This document shows, piece after piece, positions 54,443-63,400 of a stretch of 64,000 nt of DNA. The DNA is from a virus. The stretch spans positions 32,001 to 96,000 of IMG/VR virus record IMGVR_UViG_3300016471_001099; one strand, 5' to 3'. The number at the start of each line of letters is the position of its first letter. Within the stretch, counting starts at the first letter, position 1. The notes under the pieces were generated by a model, which was not told where the DNA came from, ran no database searches, and saw nothing but the letters and a program-made list of their open reading frames with translations. A program made the translations under genes and the position numbers.

Positions 54443-57400
54443 ATGGACGACTCAACCGAACAGGGCGATTGTTGCCCTATTTCGCACGAAGACATAGAGA
54501 CCAAAGGCGTCTCCTTCGGAGCGAGACAAGTCAGACCCGACAGTTTTGACGCATACGTTGACAAAGAGTCGGCACGAGCCAGGGCAAGAATGCTCGGGTG
54601 CATCGGCATACGCCAATACAGCTCGACTACTGGCGGAATGGTCTGGATGCCGTGCAGCAACGAATCCGATTACAGGCGCGTGATGGGCCAAAGCGAACTA
54701 GGAAGACGTCAAAGAAGAAGAATGATGAAGGCCGGTTTTTCCGAAAACCAGCAAACCAAGGCCCTCGGCTCCACAATCGGTGCGGTCGGTGGACAAATTA
54801 ACACCGATCCATTTAGCGCAATAGACGCCGACCTTGACGGCTTGGTTCTCGAGGGACTTCCACATATCAACATGGGGCGAGGCGTGCCAGATCCGACTCC
54901 CGGCGGCGCCAGAAGGGACTCCTTCGCCGCGCAAGACGGCAATTTTGCTTTGGCGGCGATGACGAGAGGAAAACCAACGCCGACGACGGAACGCATTTCC
55001 GAACCAAAACTTTTTGAGGTGGGCGAAAGAAACGTTCGACCAAGCCAAGCGACGAGATCAAGAAGAAACGTCGAGGAGGCGGTACGCAATTTTGACAACG
55101 ACGGTTTCGAGGCAATGTGGAGGAACGCAACCGCGGATTTGATCGATTCCGAGTTGTTTGATTTTGACGATGCCGACGCCGCGAAAAATGACTTTATTTC
55201 GGCAATCGAGGACGTTGCCTCTCGGGTGTCGGAAACGGTCGATTCGTCGTTCCGGGCTCCGGACGGACGGCCAGATTCGTCGAGAAGAGTCGCCGACGAC
55301 ACGTCGGCGAGAATTGCGGCGAAGGTTCTTGGTTCCATCGCCGAACTAACAAACAACCCTCCGGAAATTTTCGCCCAGAACGAATCCGTAGCGAGACGAT
55401 TCGCTTCGTCAATGATCGAATCTGGAGCCAAGCGAGTCGCCGAAACTGGTGGCAAGCCAGGCGTCTGGGCATTTTTGATTCAGGCCCTGCTCGGCGGCGC
55501 GATAGGTATTCAGGGCGGATGGGAGTTGCTCGCTCGCATATTCGGCATAGAAAATGGGACGGGATGGATACCGCACCCAACCGGAAGAAGTCTTGAAATT
55601 CTTGCTCCAAGTCTCGCTCGTCAAAGATCGAACGAGTCCCGATCCAGAGCGATGGGGAGAGTACAGAAGGCGCTAGACGCCCTGAGGGCCGCTGGCTTCG
55701 CAATAGGCGAAGCAAGGGAAATCCCCGCCGTGGCCGACGATATGGCGGAAGCTCTGGATGGCGACGGAGTTATCGAATTGCCCGGAGACGTGGTTCCCAC
55801 CGATTCCAGAACTATTTCGTCGTTGGACGAAATGATCAGAAAAATGAGATCCGCTACGGGGGTGACCGATTCGGCGCCTGCTCCGCGTCGCAGAAGGACG
55901 CAAAGACAGTCCGAAACGGCGGATGCCGTAACCAGGAACAGAATGGATTTGGTCGGAATCCCGACTGGAATACTGGACGTATTCAAGACGTCTTCGATGG
56001 AGGACTTGACGGAAGCCGACGCCAAAGCTTCTCGCCTCATAAACGCAGGGGGCACCGACGGAACCGGAAAACTCAACGCCGAACTTCTTTACGACGTGAT
56101 GAAAAATCAATCTTCGTTGCGCAGGTTCGTTGCCCCCGTCGAGTCTGCATACGCGGCTCAACTTGGCGCATTGATAGAAGAGGGGCGTTTGCCGAAGCTG
56201 ACTGACGCAATTCTGGAAATGTCGCCGGAATCAGTTGAAAATTTTCTAGCGGTTAATCCGAGAGCGATAATCAATTCTGCTCGTTCCGCAAAAAAGAAGA
56301 TTCGCCCCAGTGGTTCGTGGATTTCAAGGATAGACCACGATCCTTTCGAAGTGGCGGCCCATATGTTGAGAGCCAAGGACTACCACATTTCGGCGATAGC
56401 GAACGGCTATGACACGCCAAAACTTGCTGACGCCGTTGACGAACTCCTCGGAAACAACGCCTCAGAAACGGCTGCGATTTTCGCATCAATGGTGGCGACG
56501 AACAAGGACAGACTGTCAGAGGCTTACGACGGATCGGTGACGGTCTCTCGTTCGGGAAACAAGCTGCTTGCCACGGCGAGGAACCTCATAGCCAACGCTA
56601 CGGAGAACGACAGCTCGTGGAGTGCGTCACGAACCGCAATATCTGGCGTTTCCGACGCAATGGTTGCGGGCGACGAACCCATGGCTGCGATGGCCAAACA
56701 GGTCGTAAGGTACGGGCGAAATTATCCGAGGCACAGAAGGCGGAGCGGCGATTGGTCTCCGATAGCGAACAAAATACGCGATTCAATTCAGCGCTACAAG
56801 GGCAAATACGGCGCGCCAGCGGCAAACTCCGCCGATCTGGCGCGTTTCGTGGATTTCTCTTATCCGGAATTATTGGATGAAGCAGCCGAACTCGTCGACC
56901 TAATGAAACAAAAAATAGAATTTGGGTCGCTGAAATTTGACGACTACGCAAGCGAAGGCTGGAAAAACCGGGACGTCGCCGAGCTTGCTTTGGACGAATT
57001 CGACCCGACGAATCTTGAATCCATATTCGATCCAGGCAAAAAAATGGGATTGCTCAAGGCCATAGGTGTTGTATTGGCCTCCGCCGCCAAGGTGGCCCCA
57101 TCCAGAAACGAGCAGGAAGGCGTTCTTGATCTTCTCGACGAGGTCAACTCGTGGAGTTTTACCGTCCTTCCGTTGTACTCCGAGCCCAAATCAGTAACGT
57201 CTCGAAAAAGGGGAATATTCCCCTCGGTGACGCAAGACGCCGAAGCAGGCATGACGGTAAACAGACCCGTTCCGATGGACGTTCGGGAGACGCTTGCCGA
57301 ACGACAGGATCCACTCGGCTCCGGTCAAAGACAGGGGCTTCCGCAGATGAGAATGCAAAGAAAATTGATCGAGAGAGCCAATGCGATTCTCTCCGACTCG

Positions 57401-60400
57401 GAACCAAAGGACATGGTCGAGAGGCTCACCGTAGATCCCAGCGGACCGGTAATAGACATAGCCGAAACTTTCCTAACGACGGCCGAACAATTCAAATGGG
57501 ATCAGGAAACGATCGCTTCGTTCTACGAAGACGTTGCTCAGATGATGCACGCAATGGTGCGGGACGTGCCAGACCCGGACAAACGCCAGAAATTGGCGGA
57601 CATGTTTACCGACGCATTGGAGGACATCTCCGAAAACATGGACGACGGAAACTCGGAATTTTTTGCCAGGGTGGGCGATATTCCTTCGAGAACCGTCAGT
57701 CGCCTGGCCAGGAGAATAGTTTCTGGAAACGAGGTTCCCACCGAGGCTGGAATGAACCGTACAGACGACGGATCGGAAGAGGAAGCTCAGCAACTTTACG
57801 AAGACGAAATGTCTCGTCGTGCCGAGGATTTTTTGACCCGCAACGAATTTCCCGAATTAATAGAGGAAGACGAATTACAAACTGGCCCAACACCACAGCC
57901 ACAAAAAAGAATACTTTCCGACGCCGAAACTACGACGATATTCGACGGAGTCATGCGCGTTGTTTCGTCTCTTCAAAACGAAAACATAAGGGAAAACCCG
58001 AACGACAGAGACTCCTGGAGGGAAAAACTAAGGGCAGCCGGAATAAACTCTCCGTTCTCAAACGCCGAAATCTTGGATGATTTGGCGGATTCTTTGTTGC
58101 CCCAGGATTCGCTGGAACCACGTCCCATTTTTTCCAACCCATACGCTGGTGTTTCATCTGACGCCATAGACGATCTTGACCAAATTTTGAACTCGGTGCT
58201 GGACGAACTTGGAGTTAGCACCACGGGGACCGTCGACGATTTCGTTTCCGATTTACGCCGGATAGCAGGAATTAGGAGTAGCAAGGACTTCCACGACACG
58301 ATCAGGTCGCTCAGCGCGCGCAGCGGTAGGGCAACAAGCGACGATTTTGCAGAACAAGTCATGGAAAATTCCTATTTGACGACCTCGGCCATCAAGGCCC
58401 GAGTCTCGAGGATGTTCCCCGACTTCTATGAAGTCATGGATTCCTTCGTTGACGAAGGAGACACCGAGGCCGGGATGTCAGGGCCGACGCTTGACAGGAT
58501 TAGGCAAAGCGTCGTCGCGGCCAGAGAGGTGAGAGAACTGGGCAAAGTAGCCGCCATGGACGACGCCAAGGACTACGTCATGCGAACCACCGAGGCGCGT
58601 CGCAGGCGGTTGACGTCAATGGCTGCACCTGGCGAATTTCTTGATTTCATAATTGCTGGCATAAGGGACCAAAGATCCCCCCTGTACCTCAGACGAATAT
58701 CCGCGCAGAGGGGCGGACTGGAGGCGTATATAAAAGAAGCCTCCGATTTGCAGATAAATCAAATTTGGGAAGCTCTTTCCAATTTCGTATCTTCGGCAAG
58801 GAACGAACTTTCCGAAGGCGGGTACGGAGCGTTTTATTCGTCGATGTATCTGGCCGCGAAAACGAAAGCCCTGGCCGAAGACCCGGATTTCAGACCAGAC
58901 GCCACCGGCAATTTCACGGACCAAGAATTGCTTGACCGAATCGGATCGTCTTCGTGGGAGGCGATTCTTCCTGATTCCGATGCAATGACGATCACCCCCT
59001 CCGACGTTGACGCGGTTCCGTCGGTGCGAGCAAAAGCGGAGGCGGCGCTGGAGGTTCTTTCTCTCGACAGAAATCAGTTGATCGCGCTCATGACCAATGA
59101 ATCCACGACAGAAGAAGCGCAGCGCAATATTTCGGAGGCAATAGGGGCCGAGGCCGTACGATCGGACATTCAATCGAAACCAGGAAAGGTCGAATACGTT
59201 CCGACGCCGATGCACATGGAGCAAATATCGGTGGCCGATTCGATAACTCCGCTTGATTCGAATTCTTTGGTGAATTTCGTCGAAACTTTGGACGACGCAC
59301 AACTGACGAGTCTCGAAGGAATTGTCCCGGATGTACGCGTTGCGGATGCCGTTGAAAAAGAAACGAAAACTCTTTCGTTTGCCACGGCCACAAGGAAACT
59401 TTTTGGTTTAGCCGAGATTCATTCATCCGAGCCGAACGAGTTGCGGTCACTCTCCAAACGCGTCGGACAGATGCTGGATGACGAATCTTTTTCTTCTCCG
59501 GTCAAGGATTTGTTGCGAGCCGTAATGGCAAACGACGACTTGCTCGCATCGCAAATTCTCTCAGAAATGAACGTGGCCGATTCCGCAAACGAGGCTTCGT
59601 TGCTCAGGGCGATGTGGGAATTCTCCAGGGACTCTTCGGGAAGATCAATAGCTTCTGCGCTGCCTGGAAACATAGACGAAGCAGAAAAACTCGCCGCTCG
59701 CAGGGCCAGGGCCGTGGGCATACTCAAATCGCAACCCGACGGCGGACGAGGCCTGGCAAGAAAAACGATAGATGCGCACCCCAAGGGCGGCAAGGGTTAC
59801 GATCTTGTCAGAATATCGGCCGAACCGACGGACCGTCAGAAAAAAATACTCAACTTGGCGCAAGCTATAGCCGAATACGACGGCAGCCCAGAATCGGCGG
59901 CGAAAATAATTTATTCGCTCTCCGAACCGCAATTGGAAAATTTGCGACGCAACTACATAATCCCGTCGATTCTTCAACGCCTGGATAGGCAAGCCTACGA
60001 AAGAAGACAAGAGCAAAGCTCAATAGCTCAGGCCAGGGCGAGAATAGACAATCTCGGTCGTCGTCTGGAGATGATCACTTTCGGAAGCGAAGAGGCAGAA
60101 CGAAAAGTGGAAGACGTCGTATCGCGCATAGACGAGGCCCTAATAAAAGCTTTCGGCGACAGGTCTTCGGAGCTATCCATGCTGTCTCCGCAAGAACGCG
60201 AACACTACGGAGACATAGTCGACTACTACGTTTCGGGTGGCTCTGAAGTTTTTGACGATCCATCCGAATATGCCAGGGCGTCAAGGAGAGAAAGGTTGGC
60301 GAAAGCCGAACCGTCGGAAAACGAATTTACTTCCACCGCGTCGTCGCAGCAACAACCGACTCAACCATCGGTGGCCGAAGAGGAAAACGATTTTTGGGAC

Positions 60401-63400
60401 GATCTTGGAATCGAATCAGGTCCTATCCAAGACAAAGGAGAGAGCACCGACGCCGGAATGGCTGGTCCAACCCCGACCCAGGGAGACGGGGAAAAGAGGG
60501 AGCTAAAACCGCTACCCGAGGAAGTTGCCAAGAAATTGTTCGGGGACGACGTGGTCGGATGGATAAAAGAAGGAACGTGGACTGCTGGCAGAACCACATT
60601 CCCGACTACCGACGATCCGGACGAAGCTGCGTACGTCAGGCGAGCGATAAGCGCGTTGTTCTCCGTACAGGAAGGCAAATTGCCGGACGACGTTTCGGAA
60701 AGGTTGAGGAAAGAGGGAAACTACGCCGCTTCGCAATTGATATTTAGGGCTTTGATAGGGAGAACGGCGGACCTCATTTCGGCGATGCCCAACCCTCCGT
60801 ACGATTTTCCGGGAAACGGTTACGACCCTCGATCCGACTCGGACCTGGACAGGCGCAATTTTTTCCTGTCGGCCATGCAGGAGTACCTCTCCCTGCACAT
60901 GACGCTCGGCGGAGACGTCTTGCCGATTTACGATTTTTCCCCCGACAGGGATCCCACGCATTACTATTTCGAGATAAAACGCAATGATTTTCAGTTGCAG
61001 ATGTCGAGCGACATCTCCAATTGGAGATTGGTGTACAACCCAGACCAGCCGAACGATACCGTCAGGAGCGTCAACGAGGAGCCACCGGCTGACGAATTCA
61101 CCGGGGATCCATCCGCTCACCCGGACATACAAAGCGTAGACAGGACGATAAGTGCCCTAAAAAGACAATTCCCAAATTTCAGGGACTGGCTAAACCAGTC
61201 GACTCGTTATTCCAGAACCCTCGGGGGAGAACATTACGAAAAAGACACCGCTAAATTCGGAGTCGGAATAATAGACCAAGTCCTCGCTGATCCGACATCA
61301 ATGGATTTGGAAAAAGTTATTCGCCAGGTAGCAGAACAATTTCCAATCCGCGGCTACGGTGACTCGGTTCGCTTGGCTCAAGACGCCGCGAATCTCGGTG
61401 CCGACCCCGACGACGTAAGCCCTTTCCCAACTATGGAAAGCTATCCGAATCCCGATGTGATGATCGGTTCGGACATGCCGAGGGACAGAATCGCAAAACA
61501 AAAGAAAATAGCCGTCTCAAGCGCCAAAGCGAGCGCGGCCGCGCGCCAGTCTTGGTGGGCGATGTTCTCGTCGGGTACGACGATGGACGAATACGAAATA
61601 GCGGCCGTTTCTAAAACTACCGACGGAGACAATTTTCATCCAGACGCCATACTCTCGGGATTAAGGAAATACGCCAGAGAAAACGGTATTTCCGACGACC
61701 AATTTGACGCCATGTATTCCACGGCTCAGGCCGCGGCCAACGGACGCTACAACCAGGTGGCTCTACAAAAAGTTACCGCGGCGTTGAACGATATAGCAAT
61801 GAACTCGCGCGGAGGAGTGGCCGGTGAGCTCATGCGCCTGGATCAACTAATGAGAACTCTGCGAAACCAAAGCAAGGAGCTGAGTCGTCATTACCAGGAC
61901 AGACTAAGGGCGCGCATACAGACCCTTTATTCGGCCTGGGGAACCATGACCGCGTCGTTCGATGCCGAGCGCGAAAGGCTCGGTAGAGAACTTTCGGCTG
62001 GAAGGATGACGCCGCAGGAGGTCGTGGACGAAATAAGAAGACTGTGGCTTTCCATGCAACCGGCGGCTTACTCGGCCCTCAACCAAATAGCCGATCTCTC
62101 CAGGAGGACGCGCGCATCACAGAGGGCCAGGGACGCCGTAGATACTCAAATAGGTGAGATCGAACAAAGAATAGAAGAAATACGCAACGCGGTCAACTTG
62201 ACGGTTACCGACATGGATGCTCGGATGCGCATACTCAGGGGAGTCAACAACGGGTTATCGCATTTGGCAAACGATCCGAACGCGCTGAACGACGATAACG
62301 ACGCCGGCATGAGCGTCGGAAAGACAAAATTCGGAATCGTCGGACAGACCCCCGATCGCGTCGGTCAAAAACGCGAGCTTTTGTCCAGCAAAGAAAAGTT
62401 GTTTGCCGAGGAACTAAGGAAGATAAACGATCTTGTGTCGGCAACAAATCTTGAAGACATGTCGTTCGTTCCGGATTTGCGAACCGCCATGGCCACTTTG
62501 CGAGGCGGAATACCAGACAGGGTCATTCCGCAAATGCGTTTTGGTACGGACTCGGAAATCCGACAAGCGAAGAAAATCGCGGCAAGAATGATTCGCGCCG
62601 ACATGGATGCCGAATCGGCCACCAGAAAAATAATGGGGTCTCGTTTCACGCGTTTCTCCGAAATGGCCCTCAACTCCCTGCCTGGTCTGACGAGACGAAT
62701 AGCCGAAGACGTGATCGTTGACGGATTTGCCGTGGCCATGTCCGCGAATAACGCCAAAGAGCAGGACGTTGAAGCGGCATTGCTGATGTTGAACGATGCC
62801 ACGAAAAACGCGCGCAATTTCGCAATTTACAATCCTCTGGAAATTACGGCCCGTTACTTCAACGTGGATCCAGAGGAGGTTGCCGACGCAATAGCGACGG
62901 AGACCCTTTTGGCAAAGACGAGCAACGTTCTCAGGTCTGCCCAAACATACGCCTCCGGACTTTCGGCGACGTATTCGGAACGGTCGGTTAGAAGAATGAC
63001 GGCGAACAGATTCCCGGAGTTGGAGAACCTGGGGTCGGTATATCTAGACTCTATTTTCGTAAACGACGACGCAGTCGGAGAAGCGAACGCAAAACTCGAA
63101 TCGGCGATATTGCTGAACAGTATGATCGGTCTCGGCCCGTCGACAATATCTTCGGCCTTCGGGGTGTCGGAAGACGTTGCGCAACTCATCTCGGCGGCCG
63201 GAAGGGACAAATCACCGCTACCAGACCTCCGCCAGCCCCTGCCCCACGACTGGAATTTTATGACGTTCAGGGACAGGCAATTGTGGCTGGGATCGGAAGA
63301 GGCTTTCAATTCGCTTGGCCGCATGGGCGTAAACGACGAGTTGGCAAAACTACAAAGAGAAATAGAAGATTTTGGTTCCATGGACGGACCGTACCCGGCG

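Noticed and set aside
12216-62311. AGM sites as internal ribosome-binding sites plus ATG starts (GAG GCC GGA ATG can contain GGAGG)
   Set aside because: Only a few copies have an SD-like core. Many (GAC/TCG/GAA-GCN-GGN-ATG) do not, and third positions vary freely, which favours a peptide motif. Some internal starts cannot be fully excluded.
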